This document shows, in pieces, positions 8,765 to 18,148 of a stretch of DNA of 64,000 nt (position 1 is the first letter of the stretch; the number at the start of each line of letters is the position of its first letter). The translations under genes were made by a program, and so were the position numbers. The stretch covers positions 608,001 through 672,000 of the forward strand of contig CBDDTI010000747.1 in assembly GCA_965233585.1 (NCBI GenBank), given 5' to 3'. This stretch comes from a bacterium. GTDB taxonomy: Bacteria; SAR324; NAC60-12. The notes below the pieces were generated by a model that had not been told where the DNA came from, searched no databases, and worked only from the letters and a program-made list of their open reading frames with translations.

Positions 8765-10209
8765 ATCCTAATGCCAGATACACTCTTGTTGGCATTGCTT
8801 TTTCTGTTTTGGTGATTGCATTAGCCGCCATTATTTTATGGATGTCTAACCTTTCATCAAATCAAGAATTAAAACTCTACTCCTCCTTTTTGCAAGAGGC
8901 TGTCTCTGGATTGTCTCCTCAAGCGCCTGTGAAATATAATGGGGTAGATGTTGGCTTTGTGCAGGATATTCGTATCTCTCAAGAACGAAACAATCAGATT
9001 GAGCTAGTGCTGGCGATTGATTCCAAAGTGGTGATTCGTGAAAATGACCGAGTCATCTTAACCTCACAGGGCATTACAGGCTTGCAATATATTGAAATCA
9101 AAGGGAGTATAGCACCATCTGCTCCTGTTGAAGTAACAACAGGCAATGACCACCCTGTCATTCTCTCGCAACCTTCTACATTCCAAGAGATTCGCTCTTC
9201 CATTGACCCTGTCATCAAAAACATTGGGCAGACAACAGAAAAATTTAGTCAAATTTTAGAACAAACAGACTCGCAAAAAATAGATGAAATCATAGACAAT
9301 ATTCACGCCTTGACCTCCATGCTTGCAACTGAATCTAAGCCTATTGTGCAAAAGGTTAGTACTATCACTACCAATGCTGAACAAACTTCTGTTGACTTCA
9401 AACAAGTGATGAAAGATGTCAAGTTGTTGACAAAGGAGGTGTTGAAAACCAATAAAAATGTCAAAAACACCATTCAAACATTAGAAAAATCTGTCAAGAC
9501 ACTGACCAAACAAGTCAATCAATCCCTACAAACAACCGTTCCCAAATTAGAACAGTCTTTAGAGGAAGTAGATTCCTTACTGGTGGAAGTGAAGGCGACA
9601 TCGCAACAAGCCAAAGTTTTTATGAGTTCTTTGGAACAGACCAGAAACCAAGTCAATCAATTACTTCAAAAATCAAATTCCGCAATAGACCAAGTCCAGT
9701 TTGCCAGTATCAACCAAGAATTACAGAACACTCTGGCAGAAATTCAATCACTTTCCCAAACCATTCAAACTACTCTGACAGAAGTCAAACCTGCTCAAAC
9801 TAGCCAAGAATTACAGAACACTCTGGCAGAAATTCAATCGCTTTCCCAGACCATTCAAACTACTCTGACGGAAGTCAAACCTGCTCAAACTAGCCAAGAA
9901 TTACAGAACACTCTGGCAGAAATTCAATCACTTTCCCAGACCATTCAAACTACTCTGACAGAAGTTAAACCTGCTCAAACTAGCCAAGAATTACAGAACA
10001 CTCTGGCAGAAATTCAATCGCTTTCCCAAACCATTCAAACTGCTCTGACAGAAGTCAATGTTTCTGAAACAGGAGAAAACGTTCGTCAGACACTCAAAAA
10101 TTTACAACAGGCTACTCAATCCTTGATACAAACGGCAGAAACACTCAATCAAAGTCCCTCCTCTCTTATCTTTAGCGACCCAAAAAAAGAAGTCCAAATT
10201 CTGCCTTAA
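8761..10209 (+). CDS. MCE (MlaD/PqiB-like) protein with repeat-extended helical region
   Basis: N-terminal TM, VSGL...APVKYNGVDVG, QGITGLQYIEI, long amphipathic helix, C-terminal PSSLIF. Confidence 0.88.
   Translation: MNPNARYTLVGIAFSVLVIALAAIILWMSNLSSNQELKLYSSFLQEAVSGLSPQAPVKYNGVDVGFVQDIRISQERNNQIELVLAIDSKVVIRENDRVILTSQGITGLQYIEIKGSIAPSAPVEVTTGNDHPVILSQPSTFQEIRSSIDPVIKNIGQTTEKFSQILEQTDSQKIDEIIDNIHALTSMLATESKPIVQKVSTITTNAEQTSVDFKQVMKDVKLLTKEVLKTNKNVKNTIQTLEKSVKTLTKQVNQSLQTTVPKLEQSLEEVDSLLVEVKATSQQAKVFMSSLEQTRNQVNQLLQKSNSAIDQVQFASINQELQNTLAEIQSLSQTIQTTLTEVKPAQTSQELQNTLAEIQSLSQTIQTTLTEVKPAQTSQELQNTLAEIQSLSQTIQTTLTEVKPAQTSQELQNTLAEIQSLSQTIQTALTEVNVSETGENVRQTLKNLQQATQSLIQTAETLNQSPSSLIFSDPKKEVQILP
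9714..10058 (+). repeat. Intragenic tandem repeat, 90-bp unit x ~3.8
   Basis: ccaagaattacagaacactctggcagaaattcaatc at 9714, 9804, 9894, 9984; encodes SQELQNTLAEIQSLSQTIQTTLTEVKPAQT. Confidence 0.97.
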
Positions 10210-10332
10210 TCCAATGCACAATATTTGCATCTCACTTGTCGTCTTGTTCTAAATTTTTTCACATTTTTTGTTTTGCGTAAATTTTATGCAGAATTGAAAA
10301 ATAGGTTGAAGCCAGCTTCTTAACTCTCAAAC

Positions 10333-11100
10333 ATGGCTAAACGAATTTGCCTACAAATAGCTGTTTTGACGATCTGGTGCATACACGTCCATGCTCAGCA
10401 AGTTGAAAATGACCAACTTGAAATCACCTATCAAATTTTAGAACCATTTCTGATTAAAAATGTCGGGCTTTCTGAACAAGCAGATGAAAGAGTCCGTGAT
10501 AGCAAGGGGTATGGTCTTCTTTATGTGTTGGGATTAGGTGAAGTTTTAGGACTGACTGCCAGCACAACATCAGTCCGTTACAAAGCCCGCATCTACCATT
10601 CTGCCGACTTGAAGCTAGAAGGAGAACACCCCGAATATGACTACTTTATCCAAGAAGTCAAATATTTGGATTACAACATTGACCTTGAAGTCAACACCAT
10701 ACGTTATGGAATGAGGCTTTCAGGGGGACTTTATAGTTTAGTAGGTCTCACCGTGCGTTCAGAACCTAAAGTTTTTATAGAAGGAGGCATGACCTCTAGT
10801 GCGGTCAAAGGTACTGTTGATTTGGTTTTGGAAGACGAAGAAGAACCTGTTGCCAGTTTGAAAGCAGTGAAAAGTGACGACCAACACTATTGGCTTGCAG
10901 GCGTTGTCATCGCTGTGACCGAACATATTCATTTTTCTTTTTATTCCAAAAAAGAAGAAACTTATAGGCTACAAGTGGAAAGTTGCAACTCTGTGAAGTT
11001 AGGCATCACAGGTTGTGATGGCATCAAAAAGAAAGCAGATGAGAAAAAACAATATGACTTCATTTCTTCTATCAGTTTCAGTATCGGCACAAATTGGTAA
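10333..11100 (+). CDS. Exported hypothetical protein, possible outer-membrane beta-barrel
   Basis: Signal peptide (VHA/QQ), alternating beta pattern, C-terminal W. Confidence 0.55.
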   Translation: MAKRICLQIAVLTIWCIHVHAQQVENDQLEITYQILEPFLIKNVGLSEQADERVRDSKGYGLLYVLGLGEVLGLTASTTSVRYKARIYHSADLKLEGEHPEYDYFIQEVKYLDYNIDLEVNTIRYGMRLSGGLYSLVGLTVRSEPKVFIEGGMTSSAVKGTVDLVLEDEEEPVASLKAVKSDDQHYWLAGVVIAVTEHIHFSFYSKKEETYRLQVESCNSVKLGITGCDGIKKKADEKKQYDFISSISFSIGTNW

Positions 11101-11103
11101 AAG

Positions 11104-12477
11104 TTACCTTTGATAGGCAGTGTGTTGCTTTCTACGTCTGTTGGTAAAGTATTCGCTGGTGTCTTTAGAAACTAGCTCATAGAGAATTGCCCGTTTTTTA
11201 GGTGCGGCACGCAAGATTCTACCAAGCCTCTGCACATGCTCGCGGACACTTCCACTGCCTGACACAATGATCGCAATGCTTGCCTCTGGAACGTCAACTC
11301 CTTCATTTAAAACTTTGGAGGTCATCAGTACTGGGTAAGCTCCTGTGCGGAATTTGCTCAGCAAATCCTCTCTTTCTTTTGTCTTGGTGTGATGGGTGAG
11401 TATTGGAAGAAAAAATAAATTTCCAAGGCGATATGCCATGTCATTATCTTGTGTGAAAACAAGGATTCTTTCTCCATGATGTTTTTGAATGAGTGACCAA
11501 ACAGTGTCAAGTTTGGACTCTGACGCCTGACTGAGTTTCTTTTGCAGTAAATAGGCTTCAAAGGCTTCTCGTCCAAATTGAGAACGGCTACTTTTCCATA
11601 AAAATTGACTCCAACCGTTCTTGCTTCCAAAATTGATACGTTCTGCACGAATAAAATTGATGTAAACACTGCGTGCCTTGTCATATTCCAGACGCTCGGA
11701 CTCACTTAATTCTACTTCCATCGTGACAATGTCATAAGGTGCAAGTGTTCTGCCTTCTAACTCTGTGACATCAGTTTCATAGCAAAGTTGTCCGCAAATG
11801 TCATAAAGAATGGACTCCCGCCCATCTGCACGTTCAGGGGTTGCACTTAAACCCAGACGAAAAGGTGCAATGGAGGCAATGGCAATATGCTGAAACCTCT
11901 CACTTGGCAGATGGTGGCATTCATCAAAAACAACCATGCCAAAACGATTGCCAATGCGGTCAATGTGAATCAAAGCAGAGTCATAAGTTGTGACAGTCAA
12001 ATCTTCTATCTCGTGATAGCCTCCTCCAAGCAATCCAACAGGCACGTTGAAAAACTCTTGCATTGTGCTGTGCCACTGTCTCATCAAATCTATTGTAGGA
12101 ACATGCACCAATGTTGGACGCTGCGTTGCTTGAATGGCAAACATTGCCAAAATCGTCTTGCCTGCACCTGTTGGCAAAGAAATCACACCTTGCTGTCCTG
12201 ACTTTGTCCAACTAGCCAATGCTTCCGACTGATAAGGACGCAGTGGAATTTGCTGTTTAAAAGCGAGCGTCAAGGGTGAGAACTGCTTGGCTTGGTCTTC
12301 ATAAGGAATGCCTTGCTGATGCAAAGTCATTGCAATAGAGCGGTAAAAGTAGGCAGGAGAACGTAGCATTTGAGTGCGAACGTCCCATTGCACACCATGT
12401 AATCCCAATGGATTGTGCTTGGAGTAGTTTTGCAAAAGTAGTGTTCCTTTGTCAAACTCAAGTAAGATTTTGCTCAT
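11104..12477 (-). CDS. SF2 DEAH helicase, XPB/Rad25 (SSL2)-like
   Basis: LRPYQ, LPTGAGKT, DECHH, LSATPER, LNEGVDVP, QRLGRILR. Confidence 0.9.
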   Translation of the reverse strand: MSKILLEFDKGTLLLQNYSKHNPLGLHGVQWDVRTQMLRSPAYFYRSIAMTLHQQGIPYEDQAKQFSPLTLAFKQQIPLRPYQSEALASWTKSGQQGVISLPTGAGKTILAMFAIQATQRPTLVHVPTIDLMRQWHSTMQEFFNVPVGLLGGGYHEIEDLTVTTYDSALIHIDRIGNRFGMVVFDECHHLPSERFQHIAIASIAPFRLGLSATPERADGRESILYDICGQLCYETDVTELEGRTLAPYDIVTMEVELSESERLEYDKARSVYINFIRAERINFGSKNGWSQFLWKSSRSQFGREAFEAYLLQKKLSQASESKLDTVWSLIQKHHGERILVFTQDNDMAYRLGNLFFLPILTHHTKTKEREDLLSKFRTGAYPVLMTSKVLNEGVDVPEASIAIIVSGSGSVREHVQRLGRILRAAPKKRAILYELVSKDTSEYFTNRRRKQHTAYQR

Positions 12478-13648
12478 GGCAAGCAATTAAATTCATGGTT
12501 TGTTGGGCAATCTCATATTCTTCATTGGTTGGAATCACCAACACTTTGACAGGATTTTGCTGTTTTGAGATGCAACGGGCTTCTTTTGATGACTTTTGAT
12601 TGAAGTTTGAGTCAAGCTCAATTCCCAATGCTTGCAAGTTTTCACAGACTTTTTGACGCACTAGCACAGAATTTTCACCAACTCCTGCAGTAAAAATCAA
12701 GGCATCAAGACCACCCAAAACGGCAAAGTATGAGCCAATGTATTTTTGAATGCGATAAGCATAAAGGTTTAGTGCCAACTTGGCTTCATGGCGTCCCTCT
12801 TTTATCTGTTGTTCAATCGTTCTCAAATCATTTTCTCCGCAAATCCCTTTGAGACCACTTTGACGATTCAGCAAATGCTCTAACTCTTTGAACTCCACGA
12901 TTTGATTTTGTAGCAAATACATCAAAATTGCAGGGTCTAAATCACCACAACGGCTTCCCATCATCAAACCTTCTAGGGGCGTCATGCCCATTGAAGTATC
13001 TATGCTTTGACCTCCACGAATTGCACAGGCACTGCAACCGTTTCCAAGATGCAAAGAAATCAACTTCAATTCTTCAAGAGGTTGTTCTAAGAACTCTGCC
13101 GCTTTTTTGGCAACGTATCCATGAGACTGCCCATGAAAGCCATAACGTCTGACTTGATGTTGCAAATAAAGAGACTCTGGCAGCGCATAACGATAAGCAT
13201 GAGCAGGAATGCTTTGATGGAAGGCGGTGTCAAAGACTGCCACTTGAGGCACTTGAAACAATTCTTGAGTAATCTCAATGCCTGCCAGATTAGAAGGATT
13301 ATGCAATGGTGCAAGGCAAGCAGATTTTTGGATTTTGGCAAGAACACTTTCGTCCACCACCACTGCACTAGAAAAATCTTCTCCTCCATGCACCACACGA
13401 TGCCCAACCGCATCAATTCCTTCAAGCCCTTCTTTGCTCAACAACTCTGCCATCATTTGTAAACCCTTCCTGTGGGATTCAATTTGTCTCTTTTCCTGCA
13501 CCTGCACACGCTTGCTTTGGTAAACAAAATGAGACTCTGCTGTGCCAATTTCTTCAATCAAACCATGAATGAAACAATGGTCTTCCATCATGTCAAAGAG
13601 TTGAAACTTGATTGAAGAACTGCCCGTGTTAATCACTAAAATTTTCAT
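12458..13648 (-). CDS. ackA: Acetate kinase
   Basis: INTGSSSIK, GHRVVHGG, APLHNP, FDTAFH, FTAGVGENS, TNEE. Confidence 0.97.
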   Translation of the reverse strand: MKILVINTGSSSIKFQLFDMMEDHCFIHGLIEEIGTAESHFVYQSKRVQVQEKRQIESHRKGLQMMAELLSKEGLEGIDAVGHRVVHGGEDFSSAVVVDESVLAKIQKSACLAPLHNPSNLAGIEITQELFQVPQVAVFDTAFHQSIPAHAYRYALPESLYLQHQVRRYGFHGQSHGYVAKKAAEFLEQPLEELKLISLHLGNGCSACAIRGGQSIDTSMGMTPLEGLMMGSRCGDLDPAILMYLLQNQIVEFKELEHLLNRQSGLKGICGENDLRTIEQQIKEGRHEAKLALNLYAYRIQKYIGSYFAVLGGLDALIFTAGVGENSVLVRQKVCENLQALGIELDSNFNQKSSKEARCISKQQNPVKVLVIPTNEEYEIAQQTMNLIACHEQNLT

Positions 13649-13876
13649 AAAATGTCTTTCCTTTTTTAAAATCTTTTGAGGTGGTCAACTTGATTTTTTA
13701 CAAAATGAATGAACACCAAATCATCTAGTTTAGCAGACTTTTGAGAAAAAGCAGGGGAAGTCATCAAACGGAGATTGGAAGTTTCAAAAATAAATAACAA
13801 GTCTTTGGCGATTCTGTTAGACTGATTGGGTTGCAAGAACTACAAAATGATCCAAAATTTCAAAAGGAGGTGCAAA

Positions 13877-13975
13877 ATGCAAGGAGAAGAGTTAGTGATT
13901 ACTGTCATTTTGTCTGCAGGTTATATTGCCTTTGCCACATGGCTTTATTTTAAAACATCAAAAAACAAAGAGTGA
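13877..13975 (+). CDS. 32-aa single-TM micro-protein
   Basis: AAGGAGGT SD before ATG; MQGEELVITVILSAGYIAFATWLYFKTSKNKE. Confidence 0.6.
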   Translation: MQGEELVITVILSAGYIAFATWLYFKTSKNKE

Positions 13976-13987
13976 CAAAGAGTAACC

Positions 13988-14209
13988 ATGACTAATCCGT
14001 TGGCTCTGACTCTTCTTTCCATACTAGGATATTGGTTGATTATTATCCCTTTGTTTTTTATGTTACTTATCTGGGCATTAATCGCCGTAATCCGACTGCC
14101 ACGTCTCATCAAAAAACAATCTCAGCAAAACCGAGACTTCCAAAATGCTTTGCTAGAAAGATTGGAGAAATTGGAACAGACACAACTTAAACCCGAAGCC
14201 AGTGAGTGA
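13988..14209 (+). CDS. Small membrane protein with C-terminal coiled coil
   Basis: Hydrophobic N-half; overlaps start of CDF gene. Confidence 0.6.
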   Translation: MTNPLALTLLSILGYWLIIIPLFFMLLIWALIAVIRLPRLIKKQSQQNRDFQNALLERLEKLEQTQLKPEASE

Positions 14210-15095
14210 CCATCATCATCATTCCTGCCATTCTTACCAGACTCAACAAGGATTACTTGTTGTCTTCCTTCTGAACCTTACCTTTACCATCATTGAGTTT
14301 ACAGGCGGTGCGTACGTCAATAGCATTGCGATTTTATCTGATGCAATCCACGATTTAGGAGACACTTTTGCCATTGGTTCTGCATGGGCGATTAGTAAAA
14401 TCGCAGTCAAGCAGCGCGATGAGCAATTTTCTTATGGCTATGGTCGTATGACGTTGTTTTCATCTCTCATCAGTGCAGGGGTGATTATTTCAGGCAGCGC
14501 AGTTGTCATTTTCAATGCTATTCCTCGCCTCATAGAGCCTCAAGCAATTCAAACTGAAGGAATGATCTTGCTTGCGATTTTGGGAATTTTGTTTAATAGT
14601 GTTGCTTTTTTCAAAATGAAGTTTGGACACTCTATCAACGAGCGTCTAGTCATGTGGCATTTGTTAGAAGATGCACTGGGCTGGGGTGTGACGTTGATTG
14701 GTTCAATCGTCATTCATTTTTGGGGGATTTTATGGCTTGACTCCATTCTTGCGATTTTGTTGGCATTGTTTATTCTGCGTCATGTCATCTTGCACCTCAA
14801 ACATGCCCTTGCCCTACTGATGCAAGGAGTGCCTGAAAATGTCAACTGTCAAGAGTTAGAAGAAAGTCTCATGGACATCAAGCAAGTCTCCCAAATTCAC
14901 GATATGCACTTGTGGTCTCTTGATGGTTCATATCATATTTTAAGCCTGCATGTTGTCATGGAACAAAGGTTGTCCTTTGAAGAACAAATCATGCTGAAGC
15001 AAAACATACGGCAATGTGCTAAATCCTTTCAGATTCAGCATGCCACCATTGAACTAGAAACGGCACAAGAACAATGTGAATTAGAATCATGTTAA
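14202..15095 (+). CDS. Cation diffusion facilitator (CzcD-like Zn/Co/Cd exporter)
   Basis: His-rich N-terminus, SDAIHDLGD, HLLED, HDMHLW. Confidence 0.92.
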   Translation: MSDHHHHSCHSYQTQQGLLVVFLLNLTFTIIEFTGGAYVNSIAILSDAIHDLGDTFAIGSAWAISKIAVKQRDEQFSYGYGRMTLFSSLISAGVIISGSAVVIFNAIPRLIEPQAIQTEGMILLAILGILFNSVAFFKMKFGHSINERLVMWHLLEDALGWGVTLIGSIVIHFWGILWLDSILAILLALFILRHVILHLKHALALLMQGVPENVNCQELEESLMDIKQVSQIHDMHLWSLDGSYHILSLHVVMEQRLSFEEQIMLKQNIRQCAKSFQIQHATIELETAQEQCELESC

Positions 15096-15988
15096 ATTGG
15101 AATCAACACCACTTTTTGCTCACTGGAGTCACAGGCTTTTTGGGCAGGCATTTATCTAAACGACTCCTCCAACAAGGGGCAAAGGTCAGTGCTATTTGCC
15201 GTCCCTCATCTGATTTGTCCAAACTACCGCAAGGCGTGCAAAGCATCATAGATGATGGCTCACACTCCAAATTCATCACAAGTTGTGAACAACAATCTAT
15301 TTCAGCAGTGATTCATCTTGCCACAGAGTTTGTTGGCACACACACGCCAGACCATATCGCTTTGTTGATTGAGACCAACGTTAGTTTTGCAACTCGTGTG
15401 TTTGAAGTCGCATCTCGTTTAAAAGTCCCTATCATCAACACTGGAACTTATGCAGAACACTATGAAAACTCCCCATACTTTCCAATCAACCTTTACGCAG
15501 CCACGAAACATGCGGCACAAAACATTCTTGAGTATTACGCAAAAGTTGAGGAACTCCCTGCTCTCACTTTGAAACTCTTTGACATTTACGGACCTCAAGA
15601 CACAAGACCTAAAATTCTTAACCTGCTCAAAAAGATTGCAACAAGCGGTGAGGAATTGGAAATGACAGCAGGAGAACAGCTTTTTGACCTTGTGCATGTG
15701 AACGATGTTTGTAGGGCGTATGAAGTGGCTTTGCAAAAATTACTGTCTCAACAAACAACAAGCCATCAGATTTATGCAGTTTCTGGTGGCGATAGAAAAA
15801 CATTGAAAGAAGTTGTCAGGCTGTTTGAAAAAGTTTGCAATGTCTCATGCCGTATCAAATGGGGGGCAAAACCCTACAAAGCAAAAGAAGTCATGATTCC
15901 TTGGGACACTTTCCAACCATTAGAAAATTGGCACGCAGAGATTTCTTTAAAAGAAGGCTTTCAAACGTTGCTTGAAGAAAAGAGGTAA
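15089..15988 (+). CDS. NAD-dependent epimerase/dehydratase (RfbJ/CDP-sugar reductase-like)
   Basis: TGVTGFLG, YAATK, DLVHVNDV. Confidence 0.85.
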   Translation: MLNWNQHHFLLTGVTGFLGRHLSKRLLQQGAKVSAICRPSSDLSKLPQGVQSIIDDGSHSKFITSCEQQSISAVIHLATEFVGTHTPDHIALLIETNVSFATRVFEVASRLKVPIINTGTYAEHYENSPYFPINLYAATKHAAQNILEYYAKVEELPALTLKLFDIYGPQDTRPKILNLLKKIATSGEELEMTAGEQLFDLVHVNDVCRAYEVALQKLLSQQTTSHQIYAVSGGDRKTLKEVVRLFEKVCNVSCRIKWGAKPYKAKEVMIPWDTFQPLENWHAEISLKEGFQTLLEEKR

Positions 15989-16112
15989 CCTTGTTCGTTT
16001 TGGGGCATTGTTACCGGCAACTCTCCCAATCTGCTCATTTTTTCAACTTTTCACAGAAACAGATTTCAAACCCGTCCCCCTGCAAAACTCCAAATTACCA
16101 GAAGGTGAGTGT

Positions 16113-16350
16113 TCAGGATTCCAATGCCTCCAGCTGTAGCTGCAACGAAGCAGATGTGATGACCTGTAATTCTCCAGCTTGTTCTTGAAAAAGATAAATA
16201 CCTTCTTCTTCTGCTTCACTGATGAGTTCATCATAAAAGATTTCTCCTGCCAAACCGCAATGAATTGTATAGTCTTGATAACTTGGAAACAACTTGAGGG
16301 GTTTAACTTTATAAAAGTGGAAGTCAAAGAAAATGAATGATAATGAAATC
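16113..16350 (-). pseudogene. Possible gene remnant resembling DUF3782-type C-terminus
   Basis: Frame reads LKLFPSYQDYTIHCGLAGEIFYDELISEAEEEGIYLFQEQAGELQVI, bounded upstream by a stop, no ATG. Confidence 0.3.
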
Positions 16351-16480
16351 TATGAATTTATGTTTTGAGGTATAATTGAAATTTGGAACATAGAGCGATA
16401 AACAGTTTTAGCATTTGCCATAAATCCTGTAAAATATCCCATTCGTTCAAATGTTGAAGCCTTCAAAAAACAATTAGTAG

Positions 16481-17002
16481 ATGAGTCAGAATCTTCTTTT
16501 AATGGGACCTCCGGGTGCTGGAAAAACAGTCACTTCCCAAGCATTGTCTGCACTTTTGCAAATGCCTGTGATTGACATTGACGATGATCTTTTAGAGCCT
16601 TTGTGGGGGTGTTCAATAGAAGAAAAGTTAATGCAGGTTGGGACAAAGGAGTTTTTAGAGTTAGAAGGACAAGCCGCTTGTTCTCTTCATGCTGAAAAGA
16701 GCATCATTTCGCTGTCGGGGTCAAATCCTCTGCATGAAAAAGGAATGAGGCATCTTTGTTCATTAGGTCAAATCATTTATTTGAAGTCTAGTTTTAAGGT
16801 GGTGGAAGCGTTTCTTGCACGGATGAAAACAGGTCGGATTGTCAAGGAGCAGCATCAAAGTTTGGAAGAGGTCTTTGCCTATCGTGAAACCTTTTATGAA
16901 AAGTATGCTGATGAGACCATTTTGATTGATGGCTCCAAAACGCCTGAAGAGATCGCGTTGCAGGTCAGCCAGTTGGAGTGTGTTAGAAGTTTGAAAAGCT
17001 AG
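16481..17002 (+). CDS. Shikimate kinase-fold protein, THNSL1 N-terminal-domain-like
   Basis: LMGPPGAGKT, IDIDDD, ISLSGSNPLH; lacks AroK GGG motif. Confidence 0.8.
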   Translation: MSQNLLLMGPPGAGKTVTSQALSALLQMPVIDIDDDLLEPLWGCSIEEKLMQVGTKEFLELEGQAACSLHAEKSIISLSGSNPLHEKGMRHLCSLGQIIYLKSSFKVVEAFLARMKTGRIVKEQHQSLEEVFAYRETFYEKYADETILIDGSKTPEEIALQVSQLECVRSLKS

Positions 17003-17520
17003 CGGGCAACCAGCTTTTTGAATTTGACAACAGAATCTAAGGCAAGATGCGTGTACCAACCTGCAATGCAAGCAATGACTAGCCATACATGCGAAGATAG
17101 CACGTGAAGTGTTCCGTCCACTGACCATTGATACAACTCTGCTTGTCCTGCATAAAAGTATTCATATCCCACTGCAACAATAATCGGAAAGATGAAAGGA
17201 ATGATTGGGTGATGTGTCCACGAGCGATGATGGTCTAAAAGAGGCAAAATAGAAACAATGGCGATACTCGTCGCCAGAGAGTATTGTTTGGTAAAAAACA
17301 AAAAGGCAAGAATCACAAAAATCCCGCGAAAAAACCAACGTTGGGGAATAGAACTGGTGTCGGTGTCTGGGTATAGACTAAAAAAGAATCCTGTTGCCCA
17401 AATCATCATTGTATATTTCCACAAAATCGGCTCACTTCCCACAACTTGAGTTGCCACTGCACCCAATGTAATTGCTGTTGCTGTGACCGTTCCTCCAATC
17501 GCATGTGCTGAAAAGTTCAT
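16999..17520 (-). CDS. Membrane-bound metal-dependent hydrolase (YdjM-like)
   Basis: N-terminal H, YPDTD, HRSWTH, YTHLALD. Confidence 0.8.
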   Translation of the reverse strand: MNFSAHAIGGTVTATAITLGAVATQVVGSEPILWKYTMMIWATGFFFSLYPDTDTSSIPQRWFFRGIFVILAFLFFTKQYSLATSIAIVSILPLLDHHRSWTHHPIIPFIFPIIVAVGYEYFYAGQAELYQWSVDGTLHVLSSHVWLVIACIAGWYTHLALDSVVKFKKLVAR

Positions 17521-17671
17521 AATCTAATCCATCTAAAAGGTTGTATAAAGAATGTTTCTGGCTTCTACAACCAACAGCAAAAACTAGACCATCAACCTAT
17601 TTCATTGCAATTTTAGAAAAGAGAAGGCAAAGAAGTTTTGAAAATCTTAAAAAAAGAGATGTTTGAGCCAC

Positions 17672-18148
17672 TCACAGGAGTTGATGCAGATAAGCGGCAA
17701 TGCCAACAGCGCAATAGCCCCTAAAGGCAATACATTTGGCTTTGCCAAGCAATTTGCCCTCAGCTGAATAAGTGTAACTCCAAAAGGTGTGCCAGTCGTA
17801 AGTGCCAAGAAACAGTCCCGTTGCATCATACAATGTGCGATGCTTCGCCCAACCAACGAGCGACCTGTCCCCATCTTCTTTGACTACAAAAAGCTCAAAT
17901 CGCCCACCTAAATTGACAATTCCCACCTTCCCAAGCAGTTCTCCTGTCAATGACACAATTTCAACATAATCAATATAAATCAAAACCCTTGCCAGTGCTT
18001 TTTCGTCTGCAGATAGAATTTCTGTTTTCAGTGGTCTTCCAAGAGGTTTGCCTAATTGCAAAGAATGACCTGTTTGCAACATGACCAAAAAAGTCACCCC
18101 AATTAACACAATGACAATGATGATGGCTTTGATTATGATGTGAAACAT
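17672..18148 (-). CDS. Hypothetical membrane-anchored protein
   Basis: N-terminal TM, repeated G-x-L-x-G beta hairpins; overlaps upstream esterase. Confidence 0.6.
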   Translation of the reverse strand: MFHIIIKAIIIVIVLIGVTFLVMLQTGHSLQLGKPLGRPLKTEILSADEKALARVLIYIDYVEIVSLTGELLGKVGIVNLGGRFELFVVKEDGDRSLVGWAKHRTLYDATGLFLGTYDWHTFWSYTYSAEGKLLGKAKCIAFRGYCAVGIAAYLHQLL

